From the sequence record MG655267.1: a stretch of DNA of 64,000 nt; one strand, 5' to 3'. A program made the position numbers and the translations under genes. Under the pieces are notes generated by a model that was given only the letters and a program-made list of their open reading frames with translations, was not told the origin of the DNA and ran no database searches. Of the stretch, positions 37,505 to 46,773 are shown piece by piece (position 1 is the first letter of the stretch; every line of letters starts with the position of its first letter).

Positions 37505-37576
37505 ATGGATCGTTTAATCATTTTCACCGGGGTAATCGTTACATTCGTCATTAGCATTGCAATGACTGTGACGTAA
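37505..37576 (+). CDS. 23-aa hydrophobic peptide (not in ORF track)
   Basis: Perfect GGAGGT SD; MDRLIIFTGVIVTFVISIAMTVT*. Confidence 0.6.
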   Translation: MDRLIIFTGVIVTFVISIAMTVT

Positions 37577-37592
37577 CACAAAGGAGAGGGTT

Positions 37593-38006
37593 ATGAATCG
37601 CCCTACATTGACCGTTCGCGGCATGATCGATGAGCTATTAGCCGCTGCAAAAGCGCAACACCCAGATATAACTCGACTGGCAATAAAGGTCGCATATATT
37701 CAGAATGAAAAAATTAAGTACATTGTGAATATCACCACCGCTACAGGAGTGATACCATTCACGGATGAAAGTCAGATGGATGTTATGGGAGTTGTCGAGC
37801 ATGAGGTGGCAAAGATCACCGAACGCGAACGCAATAGACCCAACGTAGGCGAATTAGACATAGCCAGTAACACCACAATAAACCTGTATACGAAGTTTAG
37901 GCGCATCTTTGGGCCTCGACCCATTATCACAGTGAAATTGGGTTATCTTGATCCCGTCACCCCTAACGTCAACAGGGTTACCGTGGAATTAGACTACACT
38001 TACTAA
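37593..38006 (+). CDS. Hypothetical early protein
   Basis: AGGAG SD; 137 aa. Confidence 0.7.
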   Translation: MNRPTLTVRGMIDELLAAAKAQHPDITRLAIKVAYIQNEKIKYIVNITTATGVIPFTDESQMDVMGVVEHEVAKITERERNRPNVGELDIASNTTINLYTKFRRIFGPRPIITVKLGYLDPVTPNVNRVTVELDYTY

Positions 38007-38020
38007 AGGGTTTGACAATA

Positions 38021-38596
38021 ATGTTAAACAAAATCATTACTGAGAATGTTGGACGCATCTCACTGAAGGTCTGGGATAACTGCGAAGATTATTTGCTTCG
38101 CGTTACTCAGGGGATTAAACGTGACATCATGCGGGAAATCAAAACGCATGGTGGTCGCACGCAATTCCGCGTCACTGTCCGTAACTCACTCGGCTATAAC
38201 AAGGCCGAGGGGATCTTTCACGATCTGCAAGTGGTGGTCACCTGTCTGGCCACTTCCAAAGAACTGAAAGAGACCGTGCGTCTGCCTGTCAGCAAAGACA
38301 ATCCCCTGGCTGTTATTAAGGGTACGTTGATGCATGCGGCGATCAAAGCCAACGCAGTGCGCAGCTATACCTCGATGAACTCACGGGCTGATGAAGTCCG
38401 TAAGACACTGAAGAGCAACCTGGATGACATGCTGAAAACGCACTCCACGGTCATCTCAGTGCATCAACACAAATCTGGCCATCCTGAAATTGCTGCGGAA
38501 TTCATTCAAACTGACGGTCCTTCCATGGCCGCCTTATTTGAGAAACTTGCGCAGCACTCCCCATTGGGTGGTCTCTCAACACAACCTTCCATGTAA
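38021..38596 (+). CDS. Hypothetical early protein
   Basis: ORF; ATG at 38021. Confidence 0.7.
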   Translation: MLNKIITENVGRISLKVWDNCEDYLLRVTQGIKRDIMREIKTHGGRTQFRVTVRNSLGYNKAEGIFHDLQVVVTCLATSKELKETVRLPVSKDNPLAVIKGTLMHAAIKANAVRSYTSMNSRADEVRKTLKSNLDDMLKTHSTVISVHQHKSGHPEIAAEFIQTDGPSMAALFEKLAQHSPLGGLSTQPSM

Positions 38597-38653
38597 GTTC
38601 TCGTAATCGGCTGGGCGGGTGAGTATCACCGCCTGGCTTTCCAGGAGTCTATT

Positions 38654-39154
38654 ATGAGCGCCTTGCTTACAGAACTCCTCTCTGGACCCGCAATTCCTTT
38701 CGGGTTGGTAATTGGTATACTCGTTTGGTTATTGCATGTGAAGCTGTCAAACAAATCACATCAGCATGTTTACGATGTGGTCGGTCATCAATTGGTTAAT
38801 GATATCGAACACCTGTGCCGGGAGCTAGCCAGCCCATCGGATCATCGGCGTTACATCAAAACCGATCTTCCACCACAAGGTGATCAGATTAACTACCTGC
38901 GTAAGCACATCGAATCGCACCTTAAAGCGCGTGTAACTAAATACATCGATGCTGCTTGTTATAACGACAGGGCAGCCCGTAGACCTCGGGCGAAGTTACA
39001 CGTCAAGGTGGTTAACCTGGCACATATGGGGCAAGGGCTTGAGATAAGTTTTAAACTAGGCCGAGGGATCTTTACTGATCACCGTACCTATTTTAAACCA
39101 TCCACCTATGCCCATGTCAGTCTCTTCTTTAAAGATGAAGTTCTTTCCAAATAA
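38654..39154 (+). CDS. Single-pass membrane protein
   Basis: AGGAG SD; N-terminal TM helix. Confidence 0.7.
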   Translation: MSALLTELLSGPAIPFGLVIGILVWLLHVKLSNKSHQHVYDVVGHQLVNDIEHLCRELASPSDHRRYIKTDLPPQGDQINYLRKHIESHLKARVTKYIDAACYNDRAARRPRAKLHVKVVNLAHMGQGLEISFKLGRGIFTDHRTYFKPSTYAHVSLFFKDEVLSK

Positions 39155-39166
39155 AGGAATCAGTAG

Positions 39167-40483
39167 ATGTCAAGCAAAAAAGCAGCCAAAGTCAATCCAA
39201 AGAAACAACACAAACAAGCTGTTGCGCAGCAGACGCAGCAGGTTAACGGTGACCTGGAATGGGCCCGTGGTATCTTTAGCCATATCGACAGCTATTTTGT
39301 TCAGCAGGTGAACAACCTGGTGCACCGTCGTTATAAAGGCAGCGACAACTATCCGAAACATTTCGGTGCCCGTGTTGAGATCAATGAAAAGCACGGTCGC
39401 TACGACATCCTGAAATTCCTGAGCTGGGATGAAGCCGGCGTGCTGGATGACTTCGGTAACCAGACCGGTGAGTTCGAACTCGGCTATGTGCATTTCCATC
39501 GCCTGAAAGAGATCTCGCAGGATGCACACAAAAACAACCGTCCGGTGGATATCGGCTGGGCGTATGTACCGCACGTTGATTTCGAACACTCCGTTGATGC
39601 AGCCATGAAAGCGGCAGCAAAACATGATCACTTCGAAGCGGCGGTGCGTGCACATCTGCAAGGCGCACTGGATGTCTATGCGACACTGGTCGATGAACTC
39701 AAAGCTGAATACCAGTCTGAGAACGCAGACGGCCAATACGTTGGCGTGTGTTTCTACTTCAACCCAGAAACCAACGTATTGGAATACGTGATGCAGAAAC
39801 ACGGCGTAACCGATCTGATCGACGGCAAAGCCTCTGAGCGTGACTTCCGTGATCTGCCGGCTGGCGCAGAAGTTACTGGCCCAATCGTGGTGGATGGCGA
39901 TACGGACTTCCGTAACTACAACTCCTGCATGCTGCGTCTGGTCAGTGAAGTGGCGCGTTGGGAACGTATCAGTAAACCAAACAAAGAGTGCATGGAAACT
40001 GCAGCAACGGATCTGGTTGGTCGCATGATCACCAATGCCGAAGCGGCGTTTGAGAAAGCCAAAGAGAAAGCCGCTGCTGAAGGTATCACAGCAGATCTCT
40101 CTCTGCGTTACAATGGTCTGCGTGGCCTGCTGGAAGTGGTCTACAAAGATGAGCTGGGTAATACCGCGCTGGTTGATATCGGTATGGACGCAGCCGCTGT
40201 GCTGTTGATCATGACCCGTATCGAACCGGATCTACAGATGTACGTCACCCCACGTTTCAACAAAGCCTTTGTTGAGCGTTTCGGCTCAGGTGACCAGCAC
40301 GTCAAAAATGACAACGGTGATGTGATCGCCACCGAAGTCCCGGCGCGTGGCCTGACTGCTGACTTCCTCGCTTTTGATGAACTCGCTGTCACTGGTCAGG
40401 CGTCACCGGTACAGGAGCTGGATGATGCGTTTGATAAAGACGACGAACCGGCTGCTGATGAAAACTACGCCCTAAAGGCGTAA
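39167..40483 (+). CDS. Hypothetical protein, probably highly expressed
   Basis: 438 aa; strong codon bias; followed by a terminator. Confidence 0.85.
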   Translation: MSSKKAAKVNPKKQHKQAVAQQTQQVNGDLEWARGIFSHIDSYFVQQVNNLVHRRYKGSDNYPKHFGARVEINEKHGRYDILKFLSWDEAGVLDDFGNQTGEFELGYVHFHRLKEISQDAHKNNRPVDIGWAYVPHVDFEHSVDAAMKAAAKHDHFEAAVRAHLQGALDVYATLVDELKAEYQSENADGQYVGVCFYFNPETNVLEYVMQKHGVTDLIDGKASERDFRDLPAGAEVTGPIVVDGDTDFRNYNSCMLRLVSEVARWERISKPNKECMETAATDLVGRMITNAEAAFEKAKEKAAAEGITADLSLRYNGLRGLLEVVYKDELGNTALVDIGMDAAAVLLIMTRIEPDLQMYVTPRFNKAFVERFGSGDQHVKNDNGDVIATEVPARGLTADFLAFDELAVTGQASPVQELDDAFDKDDEPAADENYALKA

Positions 40484-40570
40484 GTTCGGTTATGGGGGAG
40501 GGCTTCTGCTCTCCCTTTTAACAGTTATCTTTCTTTTTTATTTGATTTTTTACAATGCAGATTTTTTCAG

Positions 40571-40590
40571 ACCTATATGACGGAAGTGAA
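40571..40590 (+). promoter_or_regulatory. Putative early promoter (variant)
   Basis: ACCTATATGAC-GGAA-GTGAA. Confidence 0.55.
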
Positions 40591-40644
40591 TAGAGCCAGT
40601 AGTCACTGACTCGACAATCTTAATTCACTTATGGAGTATAGACT

Positions 40645-41082
40645 ATGAAACTGAATAAACTGCGTTATGTTCTTTCTAAGGGATTCATTTCTCTTTGTGC
40701 CGACAACATCGAAGCCATGGGCATGGAAAGAGTTATCCGTATGGCCGAACGTCGTTACATGTTCGCTAACCCAAAAGCTGACGAAGTCGAAATCGACGAG
40801 TCTGATGTTAACCGTGCTCTTAGCATCGCTAAGAACAAAGATGCACGCTATGACCGTATTGCTAACCTGTACTCTTGGTTGGTACGTAACATCTCTGGTG
40901 CTCGTAACACTGCGGCGTTAAACCGTGATGTAATGAAAAGCCTGTGGATGAGCTACCGCGGTTATATCACTGCAAACGCTCTGGAAGAACTGTGGGTGGT
41001 TACTAAGGTGTATGACAATGGTACTGACCTCGAAGTTGAGTTCAGTGAAGTTTGTGCCCTGATTGCCAACAGCGAAGTATAA
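40645..41082 (+). CDS. Hypothetical early protein
   Basis: GGAG SD; strongly biased codons. Confidence 0.8.
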   Translation: MKLNKLRYVLSKGFISLCADNIEAMGMERVIRMAERRYMFANPKADEVEIDESDVNRALSIAKNKDARYDRIANLYSWLVRNISGARNTAALNRDVMKSLWMSYRGYITANALEELWVVTKVYDNGTDLEVEFSEVCALIANSEV

Positions 41083-41092
41083 GGAGCACATT

Positions 41093-41578
41093 ATGTCAAA
41101 CGGGGTAATGTGGATGATGCTAGCGGCCTGTATCGCTATCGGCTTCAAGATTATCGGTACGGCCTTATCTTCCCCGGCCTCGACCGTTGCAGATCTAAAA
41201 CGCTGGGCTTCTATTAAGACACCAGATTTCATTGATGCGGCTTTCACCGGGGAAACGATGTATTGCATTACTGAGCGTACTGCGAAACGCCATTTGGAAC
41301 TTTATGGTCCAGACGGTATCGTGGGTATGTACAGTGATGTGTTTGATGAACTTAGACAATGTACCACTATGGACGGGTGGTTAATCGACGGTAGGATTGT
41401 CGACAATAAAAACGGAGCAGTACAGATCGCCTTGACCATGACCCGCAACGAAGTGGTTCTCAATAAAGCATACGTTGTCCCATACTTGCAAATCCTGCGA
41501 GTCACCGACACGTTCTCTCCTGAGATTCTCCGTCGTTCTGTTCGTGATGTTCAGGTTATTAATGCAAATGTTGTTTGA
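41093..41578 (+). CDS. Single-pass membrane protein
   Basis: AAGGAG SD, ATG at 41093; N-terminal TM helix. Confidence 0.75.
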   Translation: MSNGVMWMMLAACIAIGFKIIGTALSSPASTVADLKRWASIKTPDFIDAAFTGETMYCITERTAKRHLELYGPDGIVGMYSDVFDELRQCTTMDGWLIDGRIVDNKNGAVQIALTMTRNEVVLNKAYVVPYLQILRVTDTFSPEILRRSVRDVQVINANVV

Positions 41579-41592
41579 TCCCTCCGAATTTT

Positions 41593-41621
41593 AGGCCAGG
41601 TGCAAACCTGGCCTTTATGCC
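41593..41621 (+). terminator. Hairpin terminator + TTATGCC
   Basis: AGGCCAGGT-GCAA-ACCTGGCCT then TTATGCC; a second TTATGCC at 41641. Confidence 0.75.
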
Positions 41622-41793
41622 GGCCTGGGAATGGTACCCGTTATGCCACTATCAATTAACCAAAATGTAGAAATGGTAGATTGGCCTAACCAAGGGCCAA
41701 CTACCTAGCCGTCATACTGCGCTGGGGGTTCGATGTAACCCCCAGGCAACCCTTATCTATTTAACCTAATTTAACACCAGGGAATTTACTAAA

Positions 41794-41958
41794 ATGGCTT
41801 TTATCAAATCACTGTTCCATAAAGCGTCTTCTACTACTCCTGTTAACATCAGTGTAATCGAAGCCCAGCTGGAAGAGACCCAACGTATCCTGAACCGTTT
41901 AAACAAACATCAGGCATCAGCCGTCCGTGGCGAACGTACTCGCCACAATCACCACTGA
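41794..41958 (+). CDS. 54-aa hypothetical protein (not in ORF track)
   Basis: AGGGA SD-like; MAFIKSLFHKASSTTPVNISVIEAQLEETQRILNRLNKHQASAVRGERTRHNHH*. Confidence 0.55.
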   Translation: MAFIKSLFHKASSTTPVNISVIEAQLEETQRILNRLNKHQASAVRGERTRHNHH

Positions 41959-42003
41959 GTGGTGTGTACGAAAGCAAGAAAAGTGTAGTGCAGAAAATCT
42001 CAC

Positions 42004-42023
42004 ACCTATATAACCTGGGTGAT
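42004..42023 (+). promoter_or_regulatory. Putative early promoter (variant)
   Basis: ACCTATATAAC-CTGG-GTGAT. Confidence 0.6.
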
Positions 42024-42083
42024 ATACAGTAGTAAATCAATTGCAGTAACCAACTTAACCTAATTGTCTTGTGAGGTATTATC

Positions 42084-42713
42084 ATGTCAAACGTACTCGA
42101 ACTGAACACAACTCCTTCTAACCCGGCAATGGCTGAAGCTTTCCGTAAAGCAGCAACCAAGGATCTCTCGCCGGAACTGGGCGGTGATACCTTACAAGCC
42201 GAATTAGCGAACATGGAACGTGCAAAAACTGAGCCTGAATCAAACACCGCACGTCTGGCCAAAACCTTAGCGGGCATGACTTCTTCTGTGAAGGACATGA
42301 ACGAGACGCTGCACGAAGCAGCAGGAGAGAACACCATGCATCACACTGATGGCGCTGATAACATGTTCAGCGAAGTAGAAGAAATGATCGAGCCTGAATT
42401 CACTGGCAGTCATGGTCGTGTCAAAGCCATGGCGCTGCTGTCAGCGGGTTCATTGATTGCGACTACTGCTACTGCTGCGTTATTCACACGTAACAGCAAG
42501 ACTGTCAAATCAGTCGCAGTAACGGGCCTGTTAACCAGCAGCATGCTGATCGGCATGGAAGCGATTCAGGCTAAGCGTAATCCGTCTGTGGCGGATCGTC
42601 TGGTCATGGGCAAGAAACGTGCCGCCAAGTTACTGGGCGGTGGTCTGGCAATCGGTGCGGCAACCATGTCAATCGGTTTAACTGTAGGTCGTATCTTTAA
42701 CTCCGGAGAGTAA
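42084..42713 (+). CDS. Membrane-helix protein, paralogue family member A
   Basis: GAGGT SD; MFSEVEEMIEP then three Ala/Gly-rich hydrophobic helices. Confidence 0.75.
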   Translation: MSNVLELNTTPSNPAMAEAFRKAATKDLSPELGGDTLQAELANMERAKTEPESNTARLAKTLAGMTSSVKDMNETLHEAAGENTMHHTDGADNMFSEVEEMIEPEFTGSHGRVKAMALLSAGSLIATTATAALFTRNSKTVKSVAVTGLLTSSMLIGMEAIQAKRNPSVADRLVMGKKRAAKLLGGGLAIGAATMSIGLTVGRIFNSGE

Positions 42714-42714
42714 C

Positions 42715-43095
42715 ATGAGCCAGTTATTCGAGAACATCGATGACGTCATCGAACCAGTAGTCGATCTGAATGTGGCGAAACGTACCCTGATGTTAGCATC
42801 CGGGGTACGAGCTGTAGCACTGGCAGTGGGTGTCGGTGTCGGCGCAGCTGCCATGAAGATCAAACCTTCAACTGCGGTGAAAGCCGCAGTGATCCCAGCG
42901 GTGATCGAACTCGGTGCAACTTACCTCGGGGTGAGTCGTGCCAGCGAAGTCGAGATCCTGGATAAAGAAGCAACTGTCAGCAACAAATCACACCTCAACG
43001 ATGCAGCCGTCAATTTCATTGCCGGTGCCGTTGCCATTGTAGGCGGTGCAGTGATTGCCCGTGTACTCAAAGGGCCGGAAACACCGGCTGAATAA
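42715..43095 (+). CDS. Membrane-helix protein, paralogue family member B
   Basis: LFENIDDVIEP, AKRTLM, three Ala/Gly/Val-rich helices. Confidence 0.75.
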   Translation: MSQLFENIDDVIEPVVDLNVAKRTLMLASGVRAVALAVGVGVGAAAMKIKPSTAVKAAVIPAVIELGATYLGVSRASEVEILDKEATVSNKSHLNDAAVNFIAGAVAIVGGAVIARVLKGPETPAE

Positions 43096-43110
43096 TCCCA
43101 GTAAAGGAAC

Positions 43111-43305
43111 ATGACCATGTTTAACAAAACCTGCGAACAGAAAGAGCCAGCTTGTGAAGTCACCATCAATCTTAACGTACAGATCGTAGGCATGGCCGTG
43201 GGTTGTGTTCTTGCGCAGAGTGAGAACACCATGGTCAAAGCCGGTGGTGTGGGCTTGGTAGCCGCGTCCTTCCTGGGCATGATTAAGAAACTGTCTAAAC
43301 TGTAA
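43111..43305 (+). CDS. Membrane-helix protein, paralogue family member C
   Basis: AAGGA SD; MFNKTCEQKEP, two hydrophobic helices. Confidence 0.65.
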   Translation: MTMFNKTCEQKEPACEVTINLNVQIVGMAVGCVLAQSENTMVKAGGVGLVAASFLGMIKKLSKL

Positions 43306-43371
43306 TTCCTTGTAGTAACCAAACCCAATCAAACTCACTGTAATTAACCTAACTGTAAAAGAGAGAATATC

Positions 43372-43671
43372 ATGGAAAACATCAACGCATCTGCAATCAA
43401 CGAAACTGCTAAAACTGCCGGCGCTACTGTTGAAGGTATCGTAAAAGAAACCATGTTCGCGAAAGTGGCAGAAGCTGTCGAACCAACTGTTGCGAAGAAG
43501 ATCGCCAAACGCACCCTGATGGCAGGCGGCGTGTTAGCGCTCTGTGGTCTGGGTTACTTCGGCTACCGTGCGCTGAAGAAAACCAAAGCAGTCGTAATCA
43601 TCACCGAAGGCGATGCAGCTAACGAAACCACCACTGACACCACCGTGGTAGCAGACGACACTGCTGCGTAA
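43372..43671 (+). CDS. Membrane-helix protein, paralogue family member D
   Basis: MFAKVAEAVEP, AKRTLM, one TM helix. Confidence 0.75.
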   Translation: MENINASAINETAKTAGATVEGIVKETMFAKVAEAVEPTVAKKIAKRTLMAGGVLALCGLGYFGYRALKKTKAVVIITEGDAANETTTDTTVVADDTAA

Positions 43672-43743
43672 TTTTGTGAGGGCTAGGATATCCTAGCCCT
43701 TTCCTTTCTCACTCTTTTTTTTTTTGTTAAAGTAGGGACGCCC

Positions 43744-44214
43744 ATGCATGCAATCACAACCGGTACCGTCGCTATTCTGATCTTCATCACCTTCTTGTTT
43801 ATTTCAGAATGGCGATTAAAGGTAAGTAAGAACCTTATCTTCAAAGAAGTCACCCGAATCGCGTACTCGATTATTCGCTATACCGACGTCAAGCAGATCA
43901 CCCCGGAGATCTACCTTATTGCGGCTGAACTACAAAACCGCATGGTGAAGGTGGGGAACTTCAGTGTGACCGAGAAGGACCGGGAAGTCGCCATGACCAT
44001 CGCCAAGTACATTTCAATTTTTGGCAACCAGCGGGTACGTGATCCGGTTATCCTGTTGCACGTGATCGCCAGACGGTTAAATGAGTTCGATGGGATATCG
44101 GCTAAATCGCTGGTCTCCACCAATGGCCGCCTGGAACTCGTTATAGGGCGTGATGACGCCACAGACTATGATCGGGTCATCTATCGCTTCAACTCTCCGC
44201 AGACGCTCTTCTAG
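43744..44214 (+). CDS. Single-pass membrane protein
   Basis: N-terminal TM helix. Confidence 0.7.
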   Translation: MHAITTGTVAILIFITFLFISEWRLKVSKNLIFKEVTRIAYSIIRYTDVKQITPEIYLIAAELQNRMVKVGNFSVTEKDREVAMTIAKYISIFGNQRVRDPVILLHVIARRLNEFDGISAKSLVSTNGRLELVIGRDDATDYDRVIYRFNSPQTLF

Positions 44215-44250
44215 GCCGGCATAAGGGGCAGGGTTTCCCCCGCCCACTTA

Positions 44251-44889
44251 TTAACTGGTTAACCGTGCTTCGTAATCCGCAATGATCGTGCGTAACTGGG
44301 CAATGGTGGCATTGGCTTCCAGCAGTTGTGCGTGTTCCGTTGTCCGGCGTTTAATGGCGTTCAAACGGTTCTGCTCAGCCAGCCGATATTGCTCAGCAGT
44401 CACGGCATTCGTAGAAGGGGCCACCGCAATCGCAATGGTAGGTTCTATCCCAATCAAATCACTGATCGCTGCTTTAATCACATCTTGTGTTTGTTGCAAT
44501 TGATCAATGATCGCCGACGGCACCGCACCCAGCGACATCGACATGACAATGTACTGATATTGAATTGCCGAGTCATCAGGGAACTGGGTGATGTACGTAC
44601 TGGGGATATAGATCGGGGTACGACCTACCGCGCTTAAGGTGATGATGTTTGCCGCTACCAATACATCCGCATCCATGTCCGCTTGCTTTAACCCCACCGG
44701 GGTATAGACACGCGCCAGAATGTCCACGCCTAAAGCCTGGAGCTCCTGGAAGGTACGGATGGCTTGCACGGTATAGATTACACCTGGATCAACCCGAGCA
44801 AAATCCGTGATGTTGGCAGCACCCATATACGGGGTGGCGACTTTGAACAACCCCTTCGTTAGAATGGGTGGGGTTAATGACGTTGCCAT
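44251..44889 (-). CDS. Probable virion structural protein
   Basis: AAGGAG SD; core-gene context; C-terminal coiled coil. Confidence 0.55.
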   Translation of the reverse strand: MATSLTPPILTKGLFKVATPYMGAANITDFARVDPGVIYTVQAIRTFQELQALGVDILARVYTPVGLKQADMDADVLVAANIITLSAVGRTPIYIPSTYITQFPDDSAIQYQYIVMSMSLGAVPSAIIDQLQQTQDVIKAAISDLIGIEPTIAIAVAPSTNAVTAEQYRLAEQNRLNAIKRRTTEHAQLLEANATIAQLRTIIADYEARLTS

Positions 44890-44899
44890 GGACTACTCC

Positions 44900-46213
44900 T
44901 TATGTGTACAGTGACTCAACATAAGGTTTCGCCACGACTAAAAACTTAATGCCATTAACAGACTTCGCGGCACAGATTACACCGTCACGCACCACGCGGG
45001 AGATCTCTGACGGTAACTCACTGAATTCCGACATGGTCTCAGCTGCATTCAGCATCTGTTGCATGGCAAAGATAAACGCCTGGGTGTCTGGTGAGATACG
45101 GTCAAACTCCACATCGTCAGACGGCAGCAAGGCATAATCCGGATAGAGCTCTTTCAGCTTGATCTGGCCACCGCGGTTAGTCGGTTTCGCCACGCTGTAG
45201 AGCGCCAGGGATTTGTGCAATGCCGGGAAGACCTGCAGTGATGCTTTGATGTGATCGGCCGGATACCACTTCATTACCTTGGTCGGCATCTCCAGCATTG
45301 TTTCATAATCCACAACCGGAGAGTTGGTGCCCGCTTCGGTGGTTTTGTTAGGAATGCTATAGGAGCGCCAGTCAGGTGCAATGACATACTCGATCGGGTT
45401 AAAAAGATCAGGGATGACCAACGCCCACTCATCTTCACCGAACTGTGAGTTCGCCAGGATATCGGCTTTCAGCAATTCATAGATCGCATCATCGTTGTTA
45501 CCGTTCTTACCGTAACCGACAATGGTGAAATATCCCGTCTGCCATTTACTGGTATTCTCTTTGTCGTAGATCTTGAATTCAATATCACGGACAAAGGTCG
45601 GCGGATTAATGCCCATGATGGCATTAATGTTCTTGGCGATATCGCCTTTCGTTACCGAATCGATTGCAGTTTTTGCTGTTGCGTAATCTTCGTGCAACAC
45701 ATCAATTTGGCTCAATGGGACAGGATAGTCAGCAAAGAGTTCATAGCGCGGGTAGCTCAGCTCGAACGACTCATCAGATAACCAAATCTTGATGGTGTTG
45801 TCATCGCTGCCACTCAGTTTACCTGAGACCCATTCAGGCGCCCAGTACTTACCGTCAGTGATCATGTCACCGATTGCTAAGTTTTCCCATGACGTATCGA
45901 AGTCTGCTTTGATCTGCTGCAGCGCAATCGTCTTGTCATTGGTGAAACGACCATCAGCAATACGCACGAGCATCCACGCCTGCAAACTAAGGATTGCCAG
46001 ACTGTAAGTATTCGCTAATTGGAACGCTACGTTATTCTCATCAACTGCTGTGAAAACAAGTAGAGCAGTACCTGGTTTATCCGTGTTAGTGTACGTCCCA
46101 ATATCCCGTGAAAAAGACATTGAGAGTTGCGATATTTCGCCAATGGGGTTAGTAACACCTTTCTGGTTGTTATTCAGTGACGGATACACCGAAAACCCTA
46201 AGATCGTTTTCAT
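44900..46213 (-). CDS. Probable virion structural protein
   Basis: Start at MKTILGF; co-oriented with the downstream gene; core region. Confidence 0.55.
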   Translation of the reverse strand: MKTILGFSVYPSLNNNQKGVTNPIGEISQLSMSFSRDIGTYTNTDKPGTALLVFTAVDENNVAFQLANTYSLAILSLQAWMLVRIADGRFTNDKTIALQQIKADFDTSWENLAIGDMITDGKYWAPEWVSGKLSGSDDNTIKIWLSDESFELSYPRYELFADYPVPLSQIDVLHEDYATAKTAIDSVTKGDIAKNINAIMGINPPTFVRDIEFKIYDKENTSKWQTGYFTIVGYGKNGNNDDAIYELLKADILANSQFGEDEWALVIPDLFNPIEYVIAPDWRSYSIPNKTTEAGTNSPVVDYETMLEMPTKVMKWYPADHIKASLQVFPALHKSLALYSVAKPTNRGGQIKLKELYPDYALLPSDDVEFDRISPDTQAFIFAMQQMLNAAETMSEFSELPSEISRVVRDGVICAAKSVNGIKFLVVAKPYVESLYT

Positions 46214-46291
46214 AGCTCGCCCTTTACATGGGATGGGATTAAGATACATAACATTTAACACAGTGTACGAGGGCCTGTAGGGAGACGAGAC

Positions 46292-46699
46292 GTGTTGTGG
46301 TTAAAGCTATTCTTTTGGAGTCTTCCTTTCATAAAAAAGCGGTCAAAGACTTTCATGGCCGATGGAGCGACTCGTTATAATGCATCGAAAAAAGCACGGG
46401 GTTGGTTCTACGCTATTTCGATGTCATTCTTTCTATTCCTTGGCATCCTTACCTGGGGCTACCGCCAGTATGACTACCTGTCCAAACAGAACCGTCATAT
46501 GACTGAAGAGATCTCCCAGCTTAAAGGTCGCATCAACATCTACCCTACTCTTTCTGATACAATTGAACAGAACCGTTTGTTATTGACACAAAACCATGAT
46601 CTTGCAGAGGAACTCATTAAAACTCGTCAAAACAATAACGAGTTATATAAAGAGAACCAAAAACTGCAAAGTCAGCTTGAAAAAGCATTAGGTAAATGA
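46292..46699 (+). CDS. Membrane protein with C-terminal coiled coil
   Basis: TM helix around residues 40-57 followed by heptad repeats. Confidence 0.65.
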   Translation: MLWLKLFFWSLPFIKKRSKTFMADGATRYNASKKARGWFYAISMSFFLFLGILTWGYRQYDYLSKQNRHMTEEISQLKGRINIYPTLSDTIEQNRLLLTQNHDLAEELIKTRQNNNELYKENQKLQSQLEKALGK

Positions 46700-46773
46700 T
46701 GAACACCCGTTTTGGTAATTTATTACGTAGTTGATCAATTATAAGAGAGATATTGTTTATTCGAGGGTGTTTC

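Noticed and set aside
41675-41750. tRNA gene (TGGTAGA and GGTTCGA resemble D- and T-loop words)
   Set aside because: No 7-bp acceptor stem, no canonical 7-nt anticodon loop and wrong arm spacing; kept only as a generic structured RNA.
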